A stretch of DNA of 32,000 bases from NCBI GenBank assembly GCA_023898425.1, contig CP060222.1, forward strand, positions 600,001 through 632,000, read 5' to 3'. Of this stretch, positions 9,089-17,434 are shown piece by piece. The notes under the pieces were generated by a model that ran no database searches, had not been told where the DNA came from, and saw only the letters and a list, made by a program, of their open reading frames with translations. Made by a program: the position numbers and the translations under genes. This DNA comes from Candidatus Saccharimonadota bacterium. GTDB lineage: Bacteria; Patescibacteriota; Patescibacteriia; 2-12-FULL-60-25. Position 1 is the first letter of the stretch, and each line of letters starts with the position of its first letter.

Positions 9089-9988
9089 TTATTTTTTTCG
9101 ACGAGAGAACTTGTCCATCGTTACCAATAATGGGGATGCGATGAAGATCGATGAATACGTACCTGCTGCAATACCGATAATCAATGTGAGGGTGAAGTCA
9201 TGAAGACTTGATCCGCCAAAAAGATAGATAGCGACTAAGGCCAACAAGGTTGTGACCGATGTATTAAACGAACGCAACATTGTTTGTTGAATGGATGCTT
9301 CGACAATTTCTGCAAAACTTCCTTCGCGAGTACGGAGATTTTCACGTACACGATCAAGAACAACAATTGTATCTGTGATCGAATAACCGAGAATCGTAAG
9401 AATCGCTGCCACAAACGGTGTGCCGATTTCTACTCCATAGTAGTGACCCAAGAAGGCAAAGACACCAAGCGGGATAATGATATCGTGAAAGGCAGCAATA
9501 ATAGTAACCGCACCGTACTGCCAAGACTTTACAACGCCCGAAACCTTACGAAAGGCCCAAGCAACATAAGCTAGAATCAAGAGCAAGGTCACAATAAGAC
9601 CCTGAAGAGACTTTGTGCGAAGCTCTTTACCAATGACAGGGCCGATGGCATCGAAGCGTAGCTCGGTTGAAGTACCAAATGATTGGCTGAGCTTTTCGAT
9701 AACAGCCGCATGTTCATCTTCATTAAGGGCTTTTGTACGAATCTGGATATCGCTCTCCCCTGCTGGTTGAATAACAACGGAACCAAGATCTTGTACCGCT
9801 TCACGAAGTGCTGCATCAGTATCAGCGATAGAAGGTCTTTGCTCAAAACGCACAGCAAGAATAGAGCCACCGGTAAAGTCGATACCTTGTTTAATGCCGT
9901 AACCACCAATACCGATAAGAGAAGCAAGGATAAGTACCGCAGAGAACGAGTACCAAATGTGACGATATTTAACAACGAATGATTTCAT
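9089..9988 (-). CDS. secF: Protein translocase subunit SecF
   Basis: 299 aa and six-TM architecture. Blocks GIDFTGGS and ...DTIVVLDRVRENL are typical of SecF. It follows secD with an 11-nt gap. Confidence 0.9.
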   Translation of the reverse strand: MKSFVVKYRHIWYSFSAVLILASLIGIGGYGIKQGIDFTGGSILAVRFEQRPSIADTDAALREAVQDLGSVVIQPAGESDIQIRTKALNEDEHAAVIEKLSQSFGTSTELRFDAIGPVIGKELRTKSLQGLIVTLLLILAYVAWAFRKVSGVVKSWQYGAVTIIAAFHDIIIPLGVFAFLGHYYGVEIGTPFVAAILTILGYSITDTIVVLDRVRENLRTREGSFAEIVEASIQQTMLRSFNTSVTTLLALVAIYLFGGSSLHDFTLTLIIGIAAGTYSSIFIASPLLVTMDKFSRRKK

Positions 9989-9999
9989 AGTCGTAGAGA

Positions 10000-12045
10000 T
10001 TAGGAACGCTTGTCGAGAAACAAGGCCGGATACTTCTTAAGTTTGGTGCTAATAGCATAGCGCATCAAGGTTCGTGTAACGACAACGGCCGTAAATAACG
10101 ACAAACCAATACCGATAGCAAGCGTAAACGCAAAGCCCTTGATGATAGATGATGAGAAGCCAAAGAGCACAACACAAGAAATAAGCACCGTTACATGACC
10201 ATCACGAATGGATGGCCAAGCACGACGAAACGCTTCTTCGAGCGCTTGAGGTAATGCCTTGCCAAGCTTTAATTCTTCTTTTAGACGTTCGAATTGCAAA
10301 ATGTTTGCATCTACCGCGATACCAATCGAGAGAATAAACCCAGCGATACCAGCGAGCGTCAACGTTACAGGAATTGCTTTAAAGGCGGTTGCATTGAGCG
10401 CTGCATAAAGTGCAAGCGCAATAACAGCCACAAGACCAGGGATGCGATACATCAAGATCATAAAGATTGCGACCAAGATAAAGCCCCAAAGGCCTGCGAT
10501 CAACGAAGCATTTACAGAATCGGCGCCTAGTGTCGCGCCAACGCTTTGCTGTGATACAAGCTCAACCGGTACTGGCAAGGCGCCCGCCTGCAAACGACGA
10601 GCAAGTGTTTTGGATTCTTCGATAGACATGCTGCCAGAAATAACCGCTCTACCACCAAAAATCTCCTGATTAACAACTGGCGTTGAAATTGGCTGACCAT
10701 CCAAGAAGATCGCGATTGGCTTACCAATATTAGCCTTTGTGAGCTCACCAAAAAGTTTTGCGCCTTCGTCATCAAACTGAAGCGCTACTTGTGGTTGACC
10801 TGTTTGCTGATCAAAGTCCACAACAGCAGACTGCAATTGCTTACCTGTGAGCTGTGTTGTCTTCCACTCTTCTGGTGCAGGCACAATATCTGTTGATTGT
10901 GATTTTTTTACCGAAATGATACGTACATTTGCCTTTTTCGAAGCACGCTCATCTTGCTTTAAGATAAGGTGAAAGCCAAAAGGAGACTCGACGACATCAG
11001 AAACGGTTCCTACCTCTTGTGAGAAGACCGTATTTTCGAAAGCTTCTACCATATCTCCTTTCGCAAACCATCCAAGCTCACCAGCGGTGCTTGAAGCGTT
11101 TGGTTCTACGGAGTTTTGACGTACAAGATCAGCAAAATTCTCTGGTGTAGCCTGAGATTTTAATTCATCGATCTTTTTACGTGCGTCTTCTTTTGAAACC
11201 GTTGATGTAAGACCGCCTTCATTACCTTGGTAGGTGATAAGAAGATGGCTTGCTTTTACTTCAGTGCCATTATCTGTAATGGACTCTACTTTAGCAATCG
11301 TATAAGAATCCTGTTGTTCAAAAACACGATCAATAACCGTACCAGGTTCTGCCGCGATAGCAGCAACACGGATCGCTTCATTAGGACCATCATTATAGTC
11401 AAAAGAAAGCTCGCCAAGATCCCCTGCCTTAGACTTAAGTGCAGCGGTTGTATTGTTTTCGCGAGCAAGCGCCTCAAAACTTGTTGGATCAGCTTTTGCT
11501 TTTACCAAGAGTTCGTCAATGCTTTTTCGTTCTTCTCCATTTTTTTGTATAAGCTGTTGCTTTTCTTCTTCGGTTAAATCACGAGGCTTTTCTGTGCTTT
11601 GCTCTTTAAACTCTAAAATCGGTGTCTCACCAATAAGTTTAATGGCATCGCGTACGTTATTTACGCCAGCGAGTTCAACTTGAACGCGCCAAGCGTCCCC
11701 TGCTTGTGTTACCTGAACCACTGGCTCAGAAACACCGAGGGTATTTACACGACGTTCGATAACGTCACGAACACCTGCCATTGCATCGCGGTGTTCACTT
11801 GGAGCGATTCTTGAAAGGTCTGCCTCATATTCGAGACTGGTACCACCTTGCAAATCAAGACCAAGCGCAAATTTTGAGCTAATCGTTGGTATCTTTGCAT
11901 GCGTTGCTTGATTAAAAGCAGTGATAAGTGAGTTCGCTGGGCCTGGATAGGCGTATGAGCCAGCGAGAACAAACAGCAAGACGAGCCAAAGCGTGCGTTG
12001 CACGATGGTCTTGCGAGAAAGGGTGTTATTTTTTGAGTGTTTCAT
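10000..12045 (-). CDS. secD: Protein translocase subunit SecD carrying an inserted tandem parvulin-type PPIase module in the periplasmic P1 domain
   Basis: SecD blocks LGLDLQGGT, IGETPILEFK, ...FLDGQPISTPVVNQEIFGGRAVISG...LQAGALPVP and the C-terminal TM bundle are present. Between LEFK and TQLTG there are about 230 extra residues, including ASHLLITY...GELGWFAKGDMVEAFENTVF...SPFGFHLILK (PpiC/parvulin signature). Confidence 0.85.
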   Translation of the reverse strand: MKHSKNNTLSRKTIVQRTLWLVLLFVLAGSYAYPGPANSLITAFNQATHAKIPTISSKFALGLDLQGGTSLEYEADLSRIAPSEHRDAMAGVRDVIERRVNTLGVSEPVVQVTQAGDAWRVQVELAGVNNVRDAIKLIGETPILEFKEQSTEKPRDLTEEEKQQLIQKNGEERKSIDELLVKAKADPTSFEALARENNTTAALKSKAGDLGELSFDYNDGPNEAIRVAAIAAEPGTVIDRVFEQQDSYTIAKVESITDNGTEVKASHLLITYQGNEGGLTSTVSKEDARKKIDELKSQATPENFADLVRQNSVEPNASSTAGELGWFAKGDMVEAFENTVFSQEVGTVSDVVESPFGFHLILKQDERASKKANVRIISVKKSQSTDIVPAPEEWKTTQLTGKQLQSAVVDFDQQTGQPQVALQFDDEGAKLFGELTKANIGKPIAIFLDGQPISTPVVNQEIFGGRAVISGSMSIEESKTLARRLQAGALPVPVELVSQQSVGATLGADSVNASLIAGLWGFILVAIFMILMYRIPGLVAVIALALYAALNATAFKAIPVTLTLAGIAGFILSIGIAVDANILQFERLKEELKLGKALPQALEEAFRRAWPSIRDGHVTVLISCVVLFGFSSSIIKGFAFTLAIGIGLSLFTAVVVTRTLMRYAISTKLKKYPALFLDKRS

Positions 12046-12083
12046 AATCTGTGGATAAACGCGTGAAGCTTAGCGGAACATCA

Positions 12084-12848
12084 TTAACCCTTCAACTGTG
12101 GTTCGATTTTCGGCGGCATGCGACGAAGAACGTAAACCTGTTGAAGAAGCGTAAGACCGCTCATCACCAACCAATAAAGAGTAAGCCCACCTGGCAAAGA
12201 GATACCGATAAAGACCGTCATCACCGGCATGATGTACATCATTTGCTTGTTCATCATGGCTGCCATGCTTTCGTCTTTGGCGCCTTTTGTTTCTGCAACA
12301 ATAACAGGAGGCTGTGAGATTGTTGCTGCAGGTGGTTTAAGGATATGTCTTGTTTGCAAGAACTGAATCAATCCAGCTAGTACCGCCAAAACATAGTTTG
12401 GCTTTGTTAGATCAAAAAGCCCGATAAAGATTGTCTGTATAGATGTTGGTGTTGGGACGAAGGCATACAAGTCGCCGTAACCACCTGCCTTTAATCCGAC
12501 ATTAAGCGCCTGGTAAAGCGCGATGAAAATCGGGATCTGAACCAAGAGCGGCCAGCAACCGGCGGCTGGATTCACTTTTTCTTTTTTATAAAGCTCCATG
12601 AGCTCTTTTGCTTGCTCGTCTTGATTGTCTTTGAGACGTTTGCGAATTTCTTCAATTTTTGGTTGAAGTTCTTGCATGTCGCGCTGTTGCTTGATTTGCA
12701 AAAGTGCCAGTGGATACGTAATCACCTTCACGATCAAGGTCATGAGGATGATAGAAATACCGATATCTTTGTACGGCAAAATACCGTAGAGCCAAATCAA
12801 AAGATTAAAGATCGGCTGAAAAAAGATGCTGTGAAAGAGTGCTGTCAT
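12084..12848 (-). CDS. yidC: Membrane protein insertase YidC (short Oxa1-like form)
   Basis: 254 aa. Motifs KVITYPL..Q..S...MQELQPK, ...YKKEKVNPAAGCWPLLVQIPIFIALY and the C-terminal LPGGLTLYW are characteristic. Confidence 0.9.
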   Translation of the reverse strand: MTALFHSIFFQPIFNLLIWLYGILPYKDIGISIILMTLIVKVITYPLALLQIKQQRDMQELQPKIEEIRKRLKDNQDEQAKELMELYKKEKVNPAAGCWPLLVQIPIFIALYQALNVGLKAGGYGDLYAFVPTPTSIQTIFIGLFDLTKPNYVLAVLAGLIQFLQTRHILKPPAATISQPPVIVAETKGAKDESMAAMMNKQMMYIMPVMTVFIGISLPGGLTLYWLVMSGLTLLQQVYVLRRMPPKIEPQLKG

Positions 12849-12866
12849 AGAATATGAATTGCCGTA

Positions 12867-14216
12867 TTAGCTTTCATCCGACGAAGGAGCAGCTTCTGCA
12901 ATCGTAGGTGTTTGTTCAAGGATCTCTTCTTCGAGTGTTGGCTCTGCATTTTCTTCGTCAGCATCTGCTGCACTTGAAGCGATAGCTGCGATCTCTGTAA
13001 TATCTTCAGCTGCAACAATAACTGGCTCGGTACCATCAAAGGCTTTGCCACCTTCTTCTTGAACCGTGATCTTCCAGCCGGTGAGCTTGGCTGCAAGACG
13101 TACATTTTGTCCGCCTTTACCGATGGCAAGTGAAAGTTGGTCCGATGGAACCAAAACCGTAGCAAGATGCTCGTCCTCATCCAAAGAAACAGAAATAACA
13201 CGAGCCGGTGAAAGAGATGATTCGATATATTCTTTTGCATCTTCGTGCCAAAGAACAACGTCTACTTTTTCGCCACCAAGTTCGCGGATAACCGCCTGGA
13301 TACGCATACCACGTTGACCGATACAAGAACCGATTGGATCAACGGAGTCATCTGGTGACATAACCGCTACCTTGGCACGAGAACCTGGCTCACGAACAAT
13401 ATTACGAATCTCTACAGTCCCGTTTAAAACCTCAGGGATTTCTTGACCAAATAATGCCGAAATAAGCGTAGGAGATGTACGTGACAAACGAATTTCTGGA
13501 CCACGACCCGTCATCTCAACAGAACGTAAGAGAGCTTTAAGACGTGTACCTGGGTAGTAACGCTCGGATTCGATTTGATCTTCTGGAAGAAGAACACCTG
13601 TTGCACGACCAAGATCAATAAGCACAATACGACCTTCGCGGCGTTGCACGGTCACATTCATCAATTCACCTTCACGTCCTTTGAAATCAGAATAGATAAC
13701 GGTACGCTCTGCTTCACGAAGTTTTTGCAAAATCACTTGCTTTGCGGTTTGCGCTGCCATGCGACCAAAAGCTGCAGGTACGGACAATTCAACACGCATC
13801 TCTTCGTTAAGAACAGCGTCTGGCTTAAGATCACGAGCGTCAGAAATCATGATCATTGTTTTTGGATTAAAACGGAACTCTTCTTGAAGAGCGACGTCGG
13901 TAATCTCTTCTTGGTTGCGGATGAAGCGACCTTTCTCATCTTTTTTTGGAGCTTGCGCTGCCTCTAGACGAGCAAAGTATTCATCGTCGAGCTCCATGTC
14001 TTCGACAACCGTTTTGACATCAAAAACACGAATACCACCGGTAAGACCGTCGTATTTTTCTGGATCAAACTCAACCACAATATTTTGGTTCTTATTACCA
14101 AAATCTTTGCGATAGGCAGCCGCAAGCGCGGTTTGCACCGTATCAAGTACGGATTCGTAGGAAATGTTCTTTTCGTCAGCGATTTGTTTCATCGCAAGCG
14201 TAATTGGTGAGGCCAT
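12867..14216 (-). CDS. nusA: Transcription termination/antitermination factor NusA
   Basis: 449 aa. The S1 and KH region (...CIGQRGMRIQAVIRELGGEKVDVV..., ...LAIGKGGQNVRLAAKLTGWKI...) is present, with an acidic C-terminal tail. Confidence 0.92.
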   Translation of the reverse strand: MASPITLAMKQIADEKNISYESVLDTVQTALAAAYRKDFGNKNQNIVVEFDPEKYDGLTGGIRVFDVKTVVEDMELDDEYFARLEAAQAPKKDEKGRFIRNQEEITDVALQEEFRFNPKTMIMISDARDLKPDAVLNEEMRVELSVPAAFGRMAAQTAKQVILQKLREAERTVIYSDFKGREGELMNVTVQRREGRIVLIDLGRATGVLLPEDQIESERYYPGTRLKALLRSVEMTGRGPEIRLSRTSPTLISALFGQEIPEVLNGTVEIRNIVREPGSRAKVAVMSPDDSVDPIGSCIGQRGMRIQAVIRELGGEKVDVVLWHEDAKEYIESSLSPARVISVSLDEDEHLATVLVPSDQLSLAIGKGGQNVRLAAKLTGWKITVQEEGGKAFDGTEPVIVAAEDITEIAAIASSAADADEENAEPTLEEEILEQTPTIAEAAPSSDES

Positions 14217-14263
14217 AGTGTAGTGCTAGTCATCTCAAATGATTAAGTTCTGAGCGACATGTA

Positions 14264-14293
14264 GTAAAAAAGCCCGATCGTCGGATCAGGCTT
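14264..14293 (-). terminator. Hairpin plus U-run in the nusA 5' region (leader attenuator or end of an upstream transcript)
   Basis: Minus strand reads aagcctgatc cgac gatcgggctt followed by ttttt, one mismatch in the stem. It lies 50-75 nt upstream of the nusA ATG. Confidence 0.45.
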
Positions 14294-14488
14294 ATGGTCA
14301 AGAGGATACTCCCCTGTCACTGAATCGTCAAACACATACAAACCCCCTGACAGACGTGACCCCCCTGCCCCCACGCTTGTGGAGGTTCTGAGTTTTGACC
14401 TATATATAGGACGATGCGTTGACAAATCTTATAATATAGTGTTTTCTACGTTCGCTGATGCTTTTGTCAGCGAAAGGACAGTGAATTC

Positions 14489-15295
14489 GTGCAACTCGTT
14501 TCTTCGCAATTTTCGATCGTCGAGAAGAAGGGTGACATCCCTCAACTCATCAAGCATATCGCTGATGCCGTCAGACGACGTAGGTTATACGATAAGTCCC
14601 CGATGGTTTCTGTCGTCTCTCCGTGGATCGAAGAAGCCTGTCTATTGCCCTGCGCAATCAAGATGATCTGTGACACGATCACCGAGTACGACTCACAAGA
14701 GAACACCGAAGACCGACTACGGAAAAGCGATGAACTGCTCGTCATTCAGGCACTGCATGATTGCAGTAAGCTTGATGAACATATTGGGCCAGTGCTCGTA
14801 AATGTACCCGATATTCTCGTTGCTGATATCAAAAATGGCACAGATGACTGGGGAGTGATTCAACAGCACCTCATGGAGAATTCCTCGGCTCGCTTCATCG
14901 TCTTGGCGAGCGGCAAAGAGATCGGAGTCCTTATGGAGATACATAATCGATTCTTGCCAATTCTACCAAGCAAGATCTACCGGGTATTTCATTGGCCTGA
15001 TCCTTTTCAACGCTCTGCTAGCGTAAAGCGTGATTATTTCATCCACTTTGTGAGCGAAAAGTCACCCGCCATTGCAGAAGTGATCCAAATGGATCCAGAA
15101 GCCTGTGCCTTGTTGCGCAGATCATTCAAGCAGCTTTCACTCGACGATACCTGGATCGAGTGTCTGCGAGCTCATGCTCACCGCTACGTAGAACGTGTCG
15201 AGCTCTTCAATGATGAGCATCCAACAAAGGTGCTCGAATCATATATGAAAGAACTTTGCAGAAAAAACCTGCGCAAAAAGACTAACGCTGCCTAG
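14489..15295 (+). CDS. Hypothetical protein (no family recognised)
   Basis: 268-aa ORF with a GTG start and AAAGGA 11 nt upstream. It has its own terminator. G+C is higher than the neighbours (32/60 at 14521-14580). Confidence 0.55.
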   Translation: MQLVSSQFSIVEKKGDIPQLIKHIADAVRRRRLYDKSPMVSVVSPWIEEACLLPCAIKMICDTITEYDSQENTEDRLRKSDELLVIQALHDCSKLDEHIGPVLVNVPDILVADIKNGTDDWGVIQQHLMENSSARFIVLASGKEIGVLMEIHNRFLPILPSKIYRVFHWPDPFQRSASVKRDYFIHFVSEKSPAIAEVIQMDPEACALLRRSFKQLSLDDTWIECLRAHAHRYVERVELFNDEHPTKVLESYMKELCRKNLRKKTNAA

Positions 15296-15303
15296 CGTTG
15301 GCC

Positions 15304-15340
15304 ACACCCGCCCTCATGACTACACAGGGGGCGGGTGTTT
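15304..15340. terminator. Bidirectional intrinsic terminator between convergent genes
   Basis: acacccgccc (15304-15313) pairs with gggcgggtgt (15329-15338), a 10-bp GC-rich stem followed by tt. Confidence 0.65.
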
Positions 15341-15353
15341 CGATTAGTAAAAA

Positions 15354-16277
15354 TTAGATTACAGGCTTCGCGATGTAATACAAATTTTTATCCTTTTTTA
15401 TCTTGTGGGGCGACTTAGGAAAGAGTAGCATCCCTTGCTCTGGCGCGCATTCATTTTCTCCATTGAGATAATGCCCGATGATTTGGCCTTTTTGCACAAG
15501 CTGCCATCCAGAATCCATCCCTTGAACATACTTAAAATAGCTATCTTTAGCCTGGATCGAATGCGTAAGTGTATAAAGTTGCTGAGAAACAGCCTCATGT
15601 ATTTTTATAGCCTCCCGCTCAAAGATACCGACGTGCTGTAAAGCGCGATTCATTTCTTGAACGATATCTATTACGCGACTAAGATCATCTTCTTTTCCTG
15701 TTTCATATCCAATAGCTACTCCTCCACATTGCTCTACATAAGCGTCTGTTGTTGCCCGATGTTTCAACCCTTCATCCATAGCGAGAACATTATATAAATC
15801 CATCAAAATATACTCTACGGGAAATATCTGAAAGATTTCTCTGTGCTTTGATGAATCATTTCCACAAACGATAAACGGAGGTGACTCAGCACTCGTCGCA
15901 TGGATATCAAAAACAAAATCTGCGCTAGCAAGTAATGGTGCCAACTCACGAGCACGCACCAAATCATATGGATCTTCTGTTGATGGTTCACGTTGAAGAT
16001 CTTCGTCAATAAAATAACGATTTAAATCACGTCCTTCTGTCGTTCCTCGTTGGCGTAATGCAATTGCTTTAGGATTTCCGAATATCAACAGAAGCTCACC
16101 TTTTATCTCTTTTGATACTTCGATACCTCGAGAACAATCCTCTATACCAAACGTATGTAAAAAATGTTTTACAACCTCAATACCCGTTAATTCATCTCCG
16201 TGAGTGCCACCGAGTATAGCTACCGATGGGCCTGGCTGAGTACCGATTATACGGCAACAAAATGATGGTATTTTCAT
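15354..16277 (-). CDS. Succinylglutamate desuccinylase/aspartoacylase (AstE/AspA) family Zn-amidohydrolase
   Basis: N-terminal VAILGGTHGDELTG (HxxE metal site) and a later FVFDIHAT histidine; 307 aa, the typical length for this family. Confidence 0.75.
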   Translation of the reverse strand: MKIPSFCCRIIGTQPGPSVAILGGTHGDELTGIEVVKHFLHTFGIEDCSRGIEVSKEIKGELLLIFGNPKAIALRQRGTTEGRDLNRYFIDEDLQREPSTEDPYDLVRARELAPLLASADFVFDIHATSAESPPFIVCGNDSSKHREIFQIFPVEYILMDLYNVLAMDEGLKHRATTDAYVEQCGGVAIGYETGKEDDLSRVIDIVQEMNRALQHVGIFEREAIKIHEAVSQQLYTLTHSIQAKDSYFKYVQGMDSGWQLVQKGQIIGHYLNGENECAPEQGMLLFPKSPHKIKKDKNLYYIAKPVI

Positions 16278-16285
16278 AAAAGAAT

Positions 16286-16315
16286 CTGAGAGTTAGAGAT
16301 TACTCTAACTCTCAG
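16286..16315 (-). other. 13-bp perfect intercistronic hairpin between the ligase and amidohydrolase genes
   Basis: ctgagagttagag atta ctctaactctcag. On the minus strand it is followed by auucuuuuAUG of the downstream gene. Confidence 0.6.
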
Positions 16316-16326
16316 TAGATAGCGAC

Positions 16327-17085
16327 TTAATACTTAAGAACAACCCTGTCGATTACAGATATCCATTGATGGATGCGCGACAAATCGTTAGTCATTCCAA
16401 ACATACGCAGTTCAACTGTACCGTGTTGGCTTATTCTTACTAGATGCCAACAGTTGCGTGGATTATTAACAAATCCCTGCTCGCACGCGACCTCAAAAAA
16501 GTGGTCTCGAGAAGTATATTGCGGTGGACTCCAATTTGGAGCCATCTGCCGATATAACCTCAATCGTTCACCTTGGCTATGATCTCCCATCTTAATAAAG
16601 TCTTCAAGACATTTAACGATGTTGTTATACATAGAGATAGCGTCATCTAGGTCTTTTGCGCCACGATGGATATGTATCCCCGCAACACGACAAGCGGCAC
16701 GAAGCATCTCTTTTGGTAGATGCTTTACGAGCTTTTTATATCGATTGTTATCCGGATAGATTTCAATAGACATATCCTCTTGTGCGACTTCTAAGGCTAC
16801 AATATCCGCACCCATTAACATAGCAGTACGGCGCGCCTGGGCATCAGCGATTTGAAGATTACTCAAAATCTTTGTGATCGAATGTTCAGGAGCTGTGCGA
16901 TGTTCTACCTGACATGCTGAGAGTTCATATGTCCACGCAGGATCCTGAACTCGTGCAAGAAATTCTTGCGAACGAGGCACCGGTATTCCATGAGCATCCG
17001 TTAGGAAAAACTCACGTTCTACGCCATATGCACCTGCAAGAACAGGATTGAACCGAAACTGAGAAAAGAACGATTGCTTATCCAT
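16327..17085 (-). CDS. Glutamate-cysteine ligase family 2 (GCS2/YbdK-like) carboxylate-amine ligase, short form
   Basis: YGVEREFFLTD, ELSACQVEHRT, AGIHIHRG and CWHLVRISQHGTVELRMFG match the GCS2 signature blocks. I prefer ATG at 17085 (GAGG ribosome-binding site 6 nt upstream). The longer ORF to 17199 would read through the T-box terminator. Confidence 0.7.
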   Translation of the reverse strand: MDKQSFFSQFRFNPVLAGAYGVEREFFLTDAHGIPVPRSQEFLARVQDPAWTYELSACQVEHRTAPEHSITKILSNLQIADAQARRTAMLMGADIVALEVAQEDMSIEIYPDNNRYKKLVKHLPKEMLRAACRVAGIHIHRGAKDLDDAISMYNNIVKCLEDFIKMGDHSQGERLRLYRQMAPNWSPPQYTSRDHFFEVACEQGFVNNPRNCWHLVRISQHGTVELRMFGMTNDLSRIHQWISVIDRVVLKY

Positions 17086-17120
17086 AGTAACCTCGCTGTA
17101 GTAAACCTCGGGTGTCCAAT

Positions 17121-17410
17121 AAAAACATCCCGTCCTCATGACGCCAAAAATATGACGTACATGAGGACGGGATGTTTTTAGCCCGTGGTACCACCTCAAT
17201 TATTTTTTAACTCAAAAAGAATTAAAACTTTTTAGAGACCTTTGATCTCATTCCCTGTGATGACGGTGGGTTTCCGGATTGTCACAAGAAGCAACAATCA
17301 CCTCTTCAAAGTCCAATTTCGTTTATCGCTATAATGGGGCTCACACTATCCCCCACTCGCTCGCCAGGGAGCGATAAATTACTACTTCTTTGAATTCAAA
17401 CGGTTTTCGT
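17121..17410 (-). promoter_or_regulatory. T-box riboswitch leader (tRNA-sensing transcription attenuator)
   Basis: On the minus strand, the Stem I lower helix is UUCAAAG (17394-17388) with CUUUGAA (17311-17305). The 5' loop is AAGUAGUA. The distal region AGCGAGUGGGGGAUAGUGUGAGCCCC resembles the glyQS Stem I distal motifs. The specifier loop is CGAAAUUGGA (17321-17312). The T-box sequence is AAUUGAGGUGGUACCACGGG (17201-17181). The terminator has 20-nt perfectly complementary arms (17179-17160 and 17140-17121) ending in U5. The T-box ACGGG and GAG can pair alternatively with CCCGU and CUC of the terminator 5' arm, forming the antiterminator. Confidence 0.8.
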
Positions 17411-17434
17411 TAAGATGGAAAGAACAATGTCTTG

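Noticed and set aside
33-14146. Many 60-130-aa ORFs antisense to or overlapping mnmA, rlmN, the ATPase, secD, secF, yidC and nusA (for example 33..230, 5952..6323, 9589..9975, 11227..11577, 12845..13258, 13575..13967)
   Set aside because: Each lies wholly inside a longer ORF with clear family signatures. Their translations are low-complexity or hydrophobic junk, and none has start-site signals.
14243-14425. 60-aa ORF in the nusA upstream region
   Set aside because: It has no ribosome-binding site and a Gly/Ser/Arg-rich translation of a G-rich structured stretch. It is more likely RNA structure than a coding sequence.
14217-14488. Possible tRNA, SRP (4.5S) RNA or 6S RNA in the nusA intergenic region
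   Set aside because: There is no T-loop GTTCRANYC or cloverleaf, no SRP helix-8 GGAA/AGCA motif, and the length and shape are wrong for 6S RNA. It is left as an unassigned structured region.
17086-17199. N-terminal extension of the GCS2-like ORF (MRWYHGLKTSRPHVRHIFGVMRTG...)
   Set aside because: The extension is the translated T-box terminator hairpin. The internal ATG at 17085 has a GAGG ribosome-binding site, and the conserved family sequence starts just after it.
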